Of a DNA stretch of 64,000 nt, positions 1 through 12,821 are shown piece after piece; positions within the stretch are counted from its first letter, which is position 1; each line of letters starts with the position of its first letter. A program made the translations under genes and the position numbers. The notes beneath the pieces were generated by a model that was not told the origin of the DNA, searched no databases, and worked only from the letters and a program-made list of their open reading frames with translations. This stretch comes from the human T2T-CHM13v2.0 reference genome, Homo sapiens. The DNA lies in NCBI RefSeq assembly GCF_009914755.1, contig NC_060947.1. One strand, 5' to 3'.

Positions 1-202
1 CTGGAGATGTGGCTGGGGTTTGTCTCACCGTGGAGGCAAGGAATTGCAACTTTTTTCTATTATTGTACACCTTGAAGGCGAGGTTAATTAAATCCTGTTG
101 TGGGGTTTGAGGGCCGGAATTTAATTTTTGGAGTTTTATTTAATGTCGGGAGCAGATTGGGTAATAAAATGTATTTTGAGAATAGGACGGCCTTTTGACC
201 TT

Positions 203-412
203 TTAGAGTCTAGGGCTGTAAAGCGTCTCAGGGTTGCTGCCGAACGAGCCATGAACTGGGCTGGGTTTTTCATATTTGATGAAAGAGCCTAAAGGCTCAC
301 GGATTTGGGAGAGGTCTGATAAAGAAAAAGGAGCATTAACCTTGACTATGCCTTTAGCTTCAGCCACCTTTTTAAGAGGAAATTGCTGGGCAGGTGGAGG
401 AGGGCTACTCAC
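203..412 (-). pseudogene. gag: HERV-H gag fragment (start of capsid region), disrupted
   Basis: Translation QQFPLKKVAEAKGIVKVNAPFSLSDLSQI resembles the HERV-H/gammaretroviral capsid N-terminus; short, stop-limited frame. Confidence 0.8.
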
Positions 413-1074
413 GGAATGAAATTGTAAACCAGACCAGGTGTGAGGAGGGGAGGGGAGGTGATAAAAGGATTATAGGGTGGAGGAGTGGAGGCTGAGGAAG
501 AACTGGGACCTAGCTCGGCCTGGCGAGGAGCAGCCTGGGGAGGAGGGGAGAGGTCAGATGGGTCTGTAGAAAAGGAAGATTAGAAAGACTCAGCAATGCT
601 TGGGGTTGGGACTGAGGGGACAGGTGGGAGGGAAAGAAGGAAGATTTGGGACGAGTTGCACTGGGGACAGAGACTAGGGAGGGACCGATGTGTAAAAGAA
701 TGCCTGGACGTCAGACACCTCAGACCGTTTGCCCATTTTACGACAAGAATTATTTAGATCTTGCAGGATGGAAAAATTGAAAGTGCCGTTTTCTGGCTAT
801 TTGGAACTACTGTCGAGTTTGTATTGGGGTCAAGCGGCATTGCAGAAGAAAATAAGATGCTTAGATTTTAGGTCAGGTGAGAGTTGGAGAGGTTTTAAGT
901 TCTTAAGAACACAGGCTAAGGGAGAAGAAGGAGGAATAGAGGGTGGAAGGTTGCCCATAGTGAAGGAAGCAAGCCCAGAGAAAAGAGAGCATAAAGACAT
1001 GGAGGGAAGGGGTTTGGGGGTTCTTACCCTCCAGAAAAGCGGGAAAGGGGTCGGGGCACAGAGATACGAGGTCA

Positions 1075-1206
1075 GGGCACGGAAATAAGGGATTGGGATG
1101 CAGAGATATAAGAGGTTGGGGCGTGGAAATAAGGGATCGGGGCGCAGAGGTATAAGAGGTTGGGGCGTGGAAATAAGGGATCGGGGTGCAGAGATATAAG
1201 GGGTTG
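1075..1206. repeat. 44-bp tandem repeat, 3 copies, in the HERV-H leader
   Basis: GGAAATAAGGGAT recurs at 1081, 1125 and 1169. Confidence 0.9.
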
Positions 1207-1663
1207 GGGTACTTGCCCCACCCCTAGAAAAGCGGGACTTGCCGCTAAGGGTGAAGGAGAAGGGGTTGGGGGTTTCTTACCCCCCAGAAAGGCGGAGAAG
1301 GGGTAGAGACAAGGAGAGAAGGGGTTGGGGTACTTGCCCCTCCTACAGAAAAGCGGGACTTGCCGCTAAGGGTGAAGGAGCAAGGCAGGCGTCCCTGCGT
1401 GGTCTGACGCCTCTGAAACATGGGTGAGTTATCAGAGAGGCGTCCCTGCAATGATTAAACACCAAGGGAAGGCTGCCTTCCCAGTCTGTGACCGGCGCTG
1501 GAGTTTTGGGTCCACGGATAAAACGTGTCTCCTTTGTCTCCACCAGAAAATGAAAGGAATTGAAATTAAAAGAAGGGAGAGATTGAAGTGTGGCGCCAAG
1601 ATTGAAAGGAGAAAGAGGTTGAGGGATAGTGAGGGAGGTTGGAGAAGAGAGTAAAAAGAGGCC

Positions 1664-1672
1664 GCTTACCGG
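1664..1672 (-). promoter_or_regulatory. HERV-H major splice donor
   Basis: Minus strand CCG|GTAAGC (last exon base 1670), about 150 nt downstream of the 5' LTR. Confidence 0.8.
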
Positions 1673-1800
1673 ATTTGAAATTGGTGAGATGTTTCTTGGG
1701 CTGGTTGGTCTGAGGACTTGAGGTCGTAGGTGGATCTTTCTCATGGAGCAAAGAGCAGGAGGACAGGGGATTGATCTCCCAAGGGAGGCCCCCCCCCACC

Positions 1801-1818
1801 ATCCGAGTCACGGCACCA
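1801..1818 (-). promoter_or_regulatory. Primer-binding site complementary to the tRNA-His 3' end
   Basis: Minus strand TGGTGCCGTGACTCGGAT, 18 nt, 2 nt after the LTR end. Confidence 0.95.
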
Positions 1819-1820
1819 AA

Positions 1821-2231
1821 TTTCATGTGCGTCCGTGTGAAGAGACCACCAAATAGGCTTTGTGTGAGCAATAAAGCTTTTAATCACCTGGGTGCAGGTG
1901 GGCTGAGTCCGAAAAGAGAGTCAGCGAAGGGAGATAAGGGTGGGGCCGTTTTATAGGATTTGGGTAGATAAAGGAAAATTACTGTCAAAGGGGGTTGTTC
2001 TCTGTCGGTCAGGAGTGGGGGTCACAAGGTACTCAGTGGGGGAGCTTTTGAGCCAGGATGAGCCAGGAGAAGGAATTTCACAAGACAGTGTCATCAGTTA
2101 AGGCAGGAACAGGCCATTTTCACTTCTTTTGTGGTGGAATGTCATCAGTTAAGGCAGGAACCGGCCATCTGGATGTGTACGTGCAGGTCACAGGGGATAT
2201 GATGGCTTAGCTTGGGCTCAGAGGCCTGACA
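1821..2231 (-). mobile_element. LTR7, 5' LTR of HERV-H (LTR7up-like)
   Basis: Starts TGTCAGGCCTCTGAGCCCAAGCTAAGCC and ends CATGAAA on the minus strand; TATAAAA at 1949-1955; ATTAAA signal; U3 block duplicated with a 51-bp period. Confidence 0.96.
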
Positions 2232-2357
2232 ATATCTCCTTGTTTATCAAATGTCATCCTGTCACTACATTTGATAATTTGTAAAACATCAGAAAATGGT
2301 AGCCCAGGTTTAAAGCAGCAGCCTTCTGGTGATCTGTGGCTAGGGATACATAGGGGA

Positions 2358-2690
2358 GTCTTAGTCTTCCCAGACTGTTGTAACAAAGTACCACAACCCG
2401 GGTAGTTAATAGAACAGACGTTTATTCTCTCACGGTCCTAGAGGCAGGAAGTGTGAGACCAAGGTGTCGACAGGGCTGGTTTCTCCTGATCCCTCTCTCC
2501 TTCGCTTGCAGATGCCATCTTCTCCCTGTGTTTTGTCTCTGTGTCCAAACTTCCCCTTTTTATAAGGACCCTGGTCATACTGGCTTAGAACGCACCTAAT
2601 GGCCTCATCTTAACTTGATTACATCATCTTTAAAGGCTATCTCCAAATTAAGTCACATTCGAAGGTTCTCAGAACTTCAAGGTATCAACC
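2358..2690 (-). mobile_element. MaLR LTR (MLT1 family), degraded
   Basis: cttagtc...gtaacaaagtaccaca...tttattctctcac...caaggtgtc motifs. Confidence 0.75.
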
Positions 2691-5600
2691 TGACAGTTGG
2701 GGGCAGCTCAGCTCCTCACAAGGTGGGTAGAATTCAGCCTATGGTTCTCTGTCTTCAGTGAAAAAGGCAAGCCCGAGACTGCAAGCTCCTTCACACAGAG
2801 TGAGTTCTCATCCCGCCAACCACAAGCAGGTCTTCGTGAGACACCAAATTGGATGAATTTTGATGTTGAACCCTGCTGACTCTTGTCAGAGGAAGTTCGG
2901 TTGCAGCGAAATGCTGGTTCTGAGAATTTACAACTTAAAGGCAGTCACAGCCCATAGGAGGAAGGTCTCCCAAAGTAAAGATGGCCTTAAGTGGTGTGGC
3001 ATGGGTGTCTAAAGCCTAAAAAATGCAGCCATGGCTCAGAGAGACATATTGTTCGTCTGGTTCTTAACTGTTCCTGATGCTTAAAAATGATGACACCATT
3101 TAAATAACCTGCAAGGAGATGAAAAATTCCAAAGGCATCTTCCGAAAACTGCAAAGGATAGCCATTATAATGATGTGAAGGAACGGGAGAAGAATTATGA
3201 GTGCACCCTAAGATGGGAGATATTTTCACCCAAGGCTTAGAGATGTAGTTTAGGAAGGGATAGTTTTGGAGGAGGAACCTCCATCCAGGACTCAGTAATC
3301 AATGCTTAACTTTGAAAAGGGAAAAATAGCAGACCAGCACACAGGGCAGAGGACTGGGTTTGAAACACCAAATCTTCCTCATCTTGGCCACTTCAGGGAG
3401 TTAGGGAAGCTTTCTGAAATTTTTCTGGCACACGCTGTACCTTTTTGACAAAATTTAGGGTGCCTGCACTGGAGACATGTTTTATTAAGTTGCTCCTCGA
3501 AATTCTCTTCTTGCAGAAGTTATCTGACTTGCAGCTGTGGTGAGTGTATGCAACTTTATTTTGTGGAATTCCATCAGAACAGGTTTAAAGCCATTCAGCA
3601 TTAATTGGGCCCCTTTGCAAATACTATTGGCTTCTTCTGAGAGCTGGAAGTCTGCAGGAAAGCCAGAGAAATAGACAAATGAAAGGTTTGGCTAGCCTCC
3701 GCATCCCCCAAACCTACTGAGCTGCTTTGCTTGTATGCCCTGAATCAGAGAACGGAAATACTCGCCAGGAAAAAATACTTGTAGGAGTCTGACTGTGCCC
3801 TGTCCAATTGTAATGAGGTGCCTCTCGCTGTTTGTTTAGTATCCTTACTGAAATCCCTACTGTTTTTGGTAATATGCACATTTTCATCTCCAGCTGTGGA
3901 GCTAATGTTCCCATATTTGTTATGAAACACGGAGCATTGTGTCTTTTTCCAGGATATCCCAAAAGAAAAGGTGGCTATGGAATAGTTATGCTGATTAGTG
4001 CATGCCTCCTGGCTTGGAATGAAATCAGGCTGGATTCAACAGAAAGCAGGTTTTGAAGGAAAAACAACAATAATAACAGCAACACTTGAGGGCAGAGTGA
4101 AATGTGTAACTGTACTGATCTTTGCAGGTTTCACATCATCTTGAGAAACATGAGTAAAAGACTGGTAGGGAAACTGTTGAAAACAGAACAATATTTGCTC
4201 GGCATGTATGCAGGAAAACGACGTTTCTGAGGACTCCCGAGCAGTGGAGAGAAAGCCTTCTGGCAAATTATTGAGAGAGTGAATCAGTTCCCCCTCTTTC
4301 TGATGCGCCTCCTAAGCTTAAAAATAAAGAGGTGAAAACAACATGACGTTTGCCGTGCATTGTTGACATGAAATGTTAAAGGAAGCCTAATGTTCTGGAA
4401 GCCTTTTTCTTATAGATGCAGAGACGGCACACCCCACTGATCTGAAAGCTCACTGTGTTACTAAGAAGGTACATGCACCTTATTAATTTAATTCTTACAT
4501 CCGTTATTTTTCACACCATGGAAAGGATTCTAAAAATAACCCAGAGAATTATATAACTCCCATTTCCGTGATGCTGTTTCTTGCTTTTTTTCTCTTCTTT
4601 GCTTTTTTTAAACAAACTTCCAGACGGATTCACCTTGAGCGGCTTTAGCTGGAAGCAATACGAAAGATGTATATCTCGGTAGACCCTTCTTCATTAAGTT
4701 CTACACTGTCCATGTTTCTGGGAGTTATAATTTAATCTTTGCAATCTTGGCAGTGCAATTTAAGCAGTGGGTTAAGTTGTAAAATGAGTGTTTTAACATC
4801 CAGTGCTCTAACAGTTTGATGCAAATGTTTTTGCGGCATTTATGCAACTCAGATTCTCCAAGAAAGTAAAAGAGAGAGAGAGAGAGAGAGATCATATTTC
4901 TGAGGATGTTATAGACCAAGCTAGCATCAAAGAATAAGAGAAAAAGAGCTGCATAAAAGTCTTGGAGGTAACAGGTTTGGACAACTTTGGATGAACAGAC
5001 ATCCTTTAATGCTAGTCTCTGATTCCAATTGCTACAAAATCCAGCAGGTATGTTGGGGCACTGTGCAGCTTGGAAGTCAGAGTTTCACATCCGCCTCCTC
5101 TCATCATTGTTAAATCATTTTGTTTCAAAAAGGTTTTCTTTTTATGTTAATAAAAAGAAAAGTCTTCAAAGGCATTTTGTTACAACAATGAAATTTCAAT
5201 TTGTGATTCTAATATATTCAAAAGTACATTGGATTGTGGACTTAAGTCATCAATAGAACCAAAATGTGCTGGTAAAACAACAACTAGACGTCTCCAGGAA
5301 TGCCTTGAAATTGCCAAACAAGATAATTTACCTTTTCTATTTTTTTCAGTGCCAGAGAATGTGAATAAATTGTGATGTCTCTTAAACCCTACATGACATG
5401 CTCTAGTGAACATGTGATTCCAGTTAGTGGGTGGCTGATTTATCATGGCAGTATTTGTTCCGATTTACTTATCATTGAAGTTAAATAACTGAATGGAATC
5501 TATTTAGTTGATGGAAATCAAGAATAGAAAGAAATAAAGACATAGTCAATGCTGGGAATCTGTCTTTCTAATGGCTTAGAGTTATACAGTTCCTACATAT

Positions 5601-6204
5601 ATTTTATCAAGTTAAAAAAATTACCATCTGTATTTAGTATGTTTCTTTTTAATGTAAATTCAGAGATTGCAAGACTCTGCTCCCTTTCATCCATAAAATA
5701 TGAATTGCTTTCATTCTCCTTCTTAAGCAAACCATGGCATCAATTGAATTAATTGATCCATTTTCACAGCATTCATCAAAAGTTCAGTTTAAGGGATTAG
5801 ATGAAAGTAGCCATATACTAATCATGAAAACACACAATCTCTTAGAAGTATCATCTTTAAGAGCATATATTCCAAAGTGATGTTAATATGAAAAGTCATT
5901 GAATATCAATGAAAAACTTGGCCACAGTGATTCAGAGCAAAATCTTGGAGAATATGCAAAATATCCTTGTGTGATTCTTCCTACAGGTATAGGAAGATGA
6001 AGTTTTGTCTATGGAAGTATGGTTTATTTTATAAATGGGAATAGTGCTTGGATTAAGGTAGCACCCTGACCAGCCCCGGTCTTTCTTCAGTTATACTGTA
6101 GAATTTTGTTACTGATACAACTAAAAGATCTCAAAGTATAATTTGGGGTTTCAGAATAATGGAAAGCTCTCTGGAGTCATAGTCATCTTTTCTATTTTTA
6201 AAAA

Positions 6205-6285
6205 TCAGAGTCTATTACCATGCTTGGCACAAAAGATGTCCTCAGTGTATATTTATTAAATGGACGATTGAATGAATGAGTCTAA
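6205..6285 (+). mobile_element. L2 3' end fragment
   Basis: catgcttggcaca...tatttattaaatg...tgaatgaatga tail. Confidence 0.55.
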
Positions 6286-7089
6286 CCTATGGGCAAAACA
6301 CCGTACCTAGCAATTTGAAGGACTGCTAGCCATAGAAATAGAGAAACAGAGTGATCTCACCATTTACCAAAACCCTTGTGATGTCAAGGAGTTTAATATT
6401 GGTTGCCTTTCTCCATAAGAGTAATACAAATGATAATCAGGGAAACAATAGGATATATGGAATAGAATACACCAAATTAATTTTGTATTAAGGAGAGTCA
6501 TAATTGAGAGTTTGTTGCAGCTGATTAATAATGTTCCTTAATATTTCTGGAAAGAAACAGAGGAAGTCAAATCACATTGATCATGGGCTTGGGATATGGA
6601 CAACCTTCTTAAATACTTTCAGAACTATCCTTCCATTGCATATGTTGGTTAATTCTCTGTGAGGCTTTATTATCTGCCCCGTTCAAATTACAAAGAATAA
6701 AATAGAAGGAGGTTTAATGTTTTGGTGATATCAGTAGTTGGTAAACAGCAGAACTGGGGTTCCAACCTTTCCCTCCCAAATCCAGCTCTGAAGCTCTTAC
6801 TCACTTAGTGATGGCTGTTGACTGAATGTGAACGAGCTTGTGCTACAATTGTCTTAGCTGCAGAGATTCCACCAACATCAGAAAAATTCAGCCATGAGAC
6901 TGAGCAGATCCTTGCAAGAATTCAATGCAATTCATTTCCAATTCACTACTTTCTCCCTTCTTTCTTCATTAAGGTCATTTATCCAGTCGTCCATCCTACA
7001 AGATATCTTTATTAAGATCTCTAGTGTTTAGTGCCCTACACTGAACTGAACATACAGTGGTCATAGATGGGTGCTCTTTTTGCCTGGAT

Positions 7090-7575
7090 AGAAACTGTGA
7101 CTTACCCCAAACTTAAAACCATATGCATTTATGATCTCACAGTTTCTGTGGGCCATGAATTCAGGGAAAGCCTAGCCGAATCCTCTTCTTAGAGTCTATG
7201 AGGGCTTCCATCAAAGTGTTGGGCTGAGCTCTCACCTGGAGGTTGGACTTGGGAAGAATTCACTCCCAACCTCAGGTATGCTGTTGTCAGATTTGTTTCC
7301 TTGTGGCTGCAGAACTGAGAGACCAGCTTCTTGTTGGTTATGGGCTAGGAGACACCCTCCACTCTTACGGGCCGTCCTCAGCTCACATGAACACGGGATT
7401 CTTCAATGTCCACAGGAGAGAAAGTCTCTAGAGAGAATGGACTAGCAAGATGGAGTTTTATGTAGCATAGAGTTTATATCCATGGTCCAGGGTACATTCA
7501 GTGGAAGAGGACTATACAAGAAAGTGTAAACTAGAAAGTGCAGATCTTTGGGGGTCATTTTAAAGTCTGTCCAGC
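7090..7575 (-). mobile_element. MaLR LTR (MLT1D/E-like), degraded
   Basis: atttatgatctcacagtttctgtggg...gtttccttgtggctgcagaactgag motifs. Confidence 0.7.
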
Positions 7576-7825
7576 ACAGGAGGTGGCCAGAAATGTATCA
7601 GACAATAGGAAACTACAAACCATGATCAGTATTGCCATGTACACACAGCAGAAAATTAACAACAATAGAAAATATTGGAGGAATAGGAACTTTGCACAGG
7701 ACAGAACATTTAATATCATACCTGAAGAATGAGGAGGTGGTTAAATGTTGCAAGGGTCCGTGATGAAGGTACAGGATTGTTTATAGACAGAACAGATGGC
7801 CAGGTCCTTCTTCTACGTTAAGAAT

Positions 7826-8193
7826 TGTATTAGTCCGTTTTCATGCTGCTGATAAAGACATACCAGCAGCACGAAACTGGGTAATTTATAAAGAAACAGA
7901 GGTTAAATGGACTCACTGTTCCACATGACTGGGGAGGCCTCACAATCATGGTGGAAGGTGAAAGGCATGTCTTAAATGGCAGCAGGCAACAGAGAATGAG
8001 AACCAAGTGAAAGGCGAAACCCCTTATAAAACGATCAGATCTGGTGAAACTTATTCATTACCACGAGAACAGTATGGGGCAAACCGCCCCCATGATTCAA
8101 TTATCTACCAGCGGTCCCTCCCATGACACATGGGAATTATGGGAGCTACAGTTCAAGATGAGATTTGGGTGAGGACACAGCCAAAGCATATCA
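7826..8193 (-). mobile_element. THE1 solo LTR (THE1B-like)
   Basis: TGTATTAGTCCGTTTTCATGCTGCTGATAAAGAC...CATATCA; 5-bp TSD AGAAT on both sides. Confidence 0.92.
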
Positions 8194-8272
8194 AGAATGT
8201 TAATGATTACCCCCAAATCAATAGATAACCATTCCTAGCCTTTCCATAATGATAGATACAACCTACCTCATG

Positions 8273-8273
<1 letters not shown>

Positions 8274-8303
<30 letters not shown>

Positions 8304-8327
8304 AATAATAATGATGACGTGATGATA
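8274..8327. repeat. (GAT)n/(AAT)n microsatellite
   Basis: Seen directly. Confidence 0.9.
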
Positions 8328-8679
8328 AAGTTACTGTTTTAGCTGTACAAATGACTGCAATTTCTATCACCCTTAAAATTTTATTTCAATGCCTTGGATT
8401 AAGCCATTACTATATCCAGTGGTTCTCTTAAAATATAAATAATTTGTTTCTAAAAAATAGATATTAAGTCATTGGGATTTCATCAGAAATTATTTGTCAG
8501 GTATGTGTTGGCTTGCCTCTCTTTTCCTTACATTCATGTTACAAAATCTCAAATCCTGGTTAATTTCAAGACCTTTTTTCACTCTTAACTCCTACATACC
8601 CTCACCCCCACCATTCTGCACACATCTTCGTTGTTCTACCCATCTTCCAGTGAGGGATATTCTCAAGGAATGTGTCTCA

Positions 8680-8875
8680 GTAACAATCATAATAAGCCTA
8701 CATTAATGGATGCCTACCGTGTAAAAGATACCTCACATAGAACTCACATTTAATTTTTACAACAGTCCTATCACTTTCACGTTGCAGATTATAAGACTGA
8801 GGGCCAATTAGGATAGAAGTTTCCCAGACCACCCAGGTGAAAGGTGGCCAAGCCACAGTCTGCAGGATTCCAGGA
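8680..8875 (-). mobile_element. MIR SINE, degraded
   Basis: catttaatttttacaacagtcctat...ttgcagattataagactgagg core. Confidence 0.6.
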
Positions 8876-10413
8876 TACTTTCATGACGTTGGCTCACTCT
8901 TTTCCAGAATCTCAGGCTATGCTCAACACAATGCTCTCAAAGACAATCTCCCAAGCTTGGGTTTCAATTCCTCCACCATCTGGCCTTCAACTGCATTTCC
9001 AAGCTCTCAGCATGGTTCAAACACGTCTTCTTTGCTACACATATCTTAAGTTTCTTGCTGTTTTTCCTTTGTTCATGGGGCTTTTAAACTTTCCAAACCA
9101 TGAACCTTCTTTCAATCAATTGTTGCAAGTTGCATTCACAAGACATTTCCATTTCTCTTAAATCAATCTTTAGTATCTCCTTCAAAATCTTTTGTGGGTC
9201 ACACTAGAGATCAACGGACCCTCTCATTCAGTTGAAGGAAGAAAAGACTGATGTAGCAAAGTCATCCTCTAAGCCATCCACAGGGATTGTTGGAATTATT
9301 TCTCTTGACCATAGCAGGGCAAAGCATTCATTGGGGAGATGAATGTTTCCTCACTTTCCTTACTTTCAGCTCATTATTTCTACTAGACTGCAGTCCAACT
9401 CAGACTCTATAGCAGAACTCAAAACCTAGAACTTAGTCAACCATGAGATCACACTGCCTGGCCAGTAAAGACTCCCTCCAAATCAGAAAGACTCAATGGA
9501 CATTTTGTTGGATATGACATGTAGACCCTCATTCGAGTATGAAAAGATCTAGTCCTTGATACTGCTAGTAACTGGAATATTAACACTTTTCTGTTTAATT
9601 TGAAAAGGATTTTAAAATATATGTGTATTGTATATATAAGTAGTTAGATATCCACACATGTATGTATCATTGTGTTTATATATATTTGTATCAATGCTTA
9701 TGTGTGAATATGCCAAACTGTACTTTGCTCTATTATCTGATCATGGAGAACCACAGGCTTCTGCTGAATAGTATTCTCTGCCAGTCAATGGTAACTTTTT
9801 GATAGACTCTTCCTCTTTGTACAGTGATGCTAAGAAGGTCCTTTGAATATCTTACTGATTTTGCCTCTATAATTTTATTTCTTAAAGGGTAGGAAATGGA
9901 ACAACTAGCATGCTACTACTGCAATATGAAATATGTCTCAAAAAGTCAATGAGATTGAAACAAAAGTGAAAATCCTTCAGTGAGATGAAAAATGTAGAAT
10001 CTCTACCTCATTGGGCTTAAGCCCACTACTGCTGTTTGGAAGAAAAAGAAAAAAACTAAACAGCAAGTATGAAATGCTGGAATAGTGTCATCAATGATTT
10101 TTTTTCTGAAAGGGATATTTTAATATGCATTTTTGTTTTATGGATCTAAAGCTCTCTTGTTAGTGGGTAAGTTATTGTTGGATTTTCTCATATCCAACTT
10201 TAGTGTTGATTTTTAGGAACGTATTGTATAAGAGAGAAATGGCTGCCCATCTTAGTTAAAAGCACACTTATATTATGCGTACTATGCTCATCTACTGGTA
10301 AATTCCTAGGGCTTGAAGAGAGTAAAATTTACTGTGTCCATTTATAAAAAAAAATAAAATGAAATAAATCCTAGTAAAGAATGGAACTTAAATGATTTTC
10401 TATGATGGGACAC

Positions 10414-10776
10414 TGTATTAGTCCATTTTCATACTGCTATAAAGAAATACCTGAGACTGGGTAATTTATAAAGAAAAGGAGGTTTAATGGACTCACAGTT
10501 CCACCTGGCTGGAGAGGCCTCACAATCATGGTGGAAGGTGAAGGAGATGCAAAGTCACGTCTTACATGGCAGAAGGCAAGAGAGCAGGTGCAGGGGAACT
10601 CCCCTTTAAAAAAACCATCAGATCTCCTGAGGCTTATTCACTATCATGAGAACAGCACAGGAAAATCCACCCCATAATTCAGTTACCTCCCACTGGGTCC
10701 CTCCCATGACACATGGGGATTATGGGAGCTACAATTCAAGATGAGATTTGGATGGGGACACAGCCAAACCATATTA
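10414..10776 (-). mobile_element. THE1 solo LTR (THE1C/D-like)
   Basis: TGTATTAGTCCATTTTCATACTGC...CCAAACCATATTA; TSD GACAC on both sides. Confidence 0.92.
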
Positions 10777-11116
10777 GACACTCTTGTGTGGTTTAAAAAA
10801 AAACAGCACCATTTCTCTCTCATTTTTACCCTTGTTCCTATTTATTTTCTTCTTGGGAGATGGAATGATATGAGCTATCTTTAATTCTTTGTAACAACAA
10901 CATTTGCTTCCTTTTCACTTTGTCAGTATGAAGTATTACCAAGAAATAAAAAAGCTCCTCTTTGAGCTATGTGTGGTAGCAGGGGAATAGTTTTTTTTTT
11001 TTTTTCTTTATCATGCTTGCCACATTTTGAAACTCAATTTTGGTTGGATACATTTCATTCCTGAATTGTCAAAGACTCTTACTTCAAGTAAGTTCAATCT
11101 GCCCTCTCACTCAACT

Positions 11117-11415
11117 TTATTCTTCTTTTTGAGAGACAGAGTCTCGCTCTGTTGTCCAGGCTGGAGTGCAGGGCTGTGATCACAGCTCACTGCATCCTCG
11201 ACCCCCTGGGCTGCAGTGATTCTCTCGTCTCAGCCTCTAGAGTAGCGAGGACCACAGGAGTGCATCACCATGCCTGGCTAATTTTTAAAAAATATTTTGG
11301 AGAGAAGGGGTCTTGCTATGTTGTCCAGGCTGGTCTCAAACTCCTGGGCTCAAGCAATCCACCTGTCTTGGCCTCCCAAAGTGCTGGTATTATAGGCGTG
11401 AGCCACTGTGTGTGG
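11117..11415 (-). mobile_element. AluJ
   Basis: Dimeric Alu with J-type cacagctcactgca and ctcctgggctcaagc. Confidence 0.9.
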
Positions 11416-12473
11416 TTTTCAAGTTTATTCTTGTTAAATGATTTTGACATTTGCCTTTCTATAAAAGTTTGTAAAACACCCTCCCCCTCCAGCATTGCCA
11501 TCCTTAGATTCCTTAGGTAAAGATAATACTTCTACTAGAAAAGAAAATGGGTCTGCTGTAGTTCTACAGACTTTTAAATAATATTTCTGTATCTATTAAT
11601 CTATGTATCTCAGAATGTAAGTGGTGTATTTTGCCTTTTCAAAGCCAAGGCACTTTCTCCCACAAGGCTGAGTTTCTGCACACACGCAGCCTTTGCTCAA
11701 GAAACAGTGTCTTCATGGAATATGGAGATTGATACCAGGGTTAGTGGCTATGGAAGGGTCCCATGCGGTATGACTTCTCTTCCCATTTGATTTAGACCAC
11801 ATTCCATAATAACCTCATGTAGATGCAGAAATAGTATACTCTGGTCAGCCATTGAGGGCCATGTGGTTTCTGTATTATAATCAATGCATCAAAGAAGTAT
11901 AGGAATCTGTGATGGGGTCAACAATTCAGAAACCATCCATTTACCAAAAGAATGTGTTTTTCTATATATCCTCCCAAGTAGTGATCAGAGATAATCAGCA
12001 CCAAGTGTTCAATTTAGCATTTTTCTCTCAAAACTAAACTTTTGATTTTCTGACTCAAAATTTTGTCAAAGTGCAAGCGTTGTAAAACTGAGAAAACTGC
12101 CTGGTTATAAAATCCTTCAGCTTTATCCATGTATTATCTTTGCAGTTTTCCTTTAAGGAATAATTAAAAGAGAGGAGGGGATAGTAATTGCACAAAACGG
12201 CAGATAGCAAAGTAGATAAAATTTTAATCAAATCTTTTAGTGTTTTGATAGCAAAATACATTGTAAATCACTTAAAAGTTTATTTAAACAAATTTAGATG
12301 TAAGCTATGCTCTTTCGAGACCATCCATATTTAATTTTTACATTTTATAAAATATAACCATGTTTTAGGCAGTCATACAAAAATGGATTAAGACACTTTT
12401 TTCATGTGGCCAAATTCACTGGGCTTGTTTATTTTGCATCCTAGGCACCTAAACACCTAGTTCTTGGCACTGA

Positions 12474-12782
<309 letters not shown>

Positions 12783-12821
12783 GAAACATGGACTTTTTAG
12801 AAAAAAATTTCTGACCATGGT

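Larger units (their letters stand above)
1..1820 (-). mobile_element. HERV-H internal region (5' leader and gag remnant); provirus continues beyond the left edge
   Basis: Directly follows LTR7 and the His PBS on the minus strand; C/T-rich HERV-H leader; gag-like translation at 203-412. Confidence 0.95.

Noticed and set aside
1075-1206. Regularly spaced repeat resembling a CRISPR array
   Set aside because: Contiguous tandem units without unique spacers, inside a retroviral leader in mammalian DNA; no cas genes
1801-1818. tRNA-His gene
   Set aside because: Only the 18-nt 3' end matches; it is the retroviral primer-binding site and there is no cloverleaf
729-1956. Overlapping ORFs of 61-133 aa
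   Set aside because: Chance frames in the HERV-H leader/LTR, several antisense; no recognisable domain
7826-10776. Two same-orientation THE1 LTRs 2.2 kb apart, resembling a full LTR-internal-LTR element
   Set aside because: Each LTR has its own TSD (AGAAT, GACAC), they differ in sequence, and the spacer holds a MIR and unique DNA rather than THE1 internal sequence
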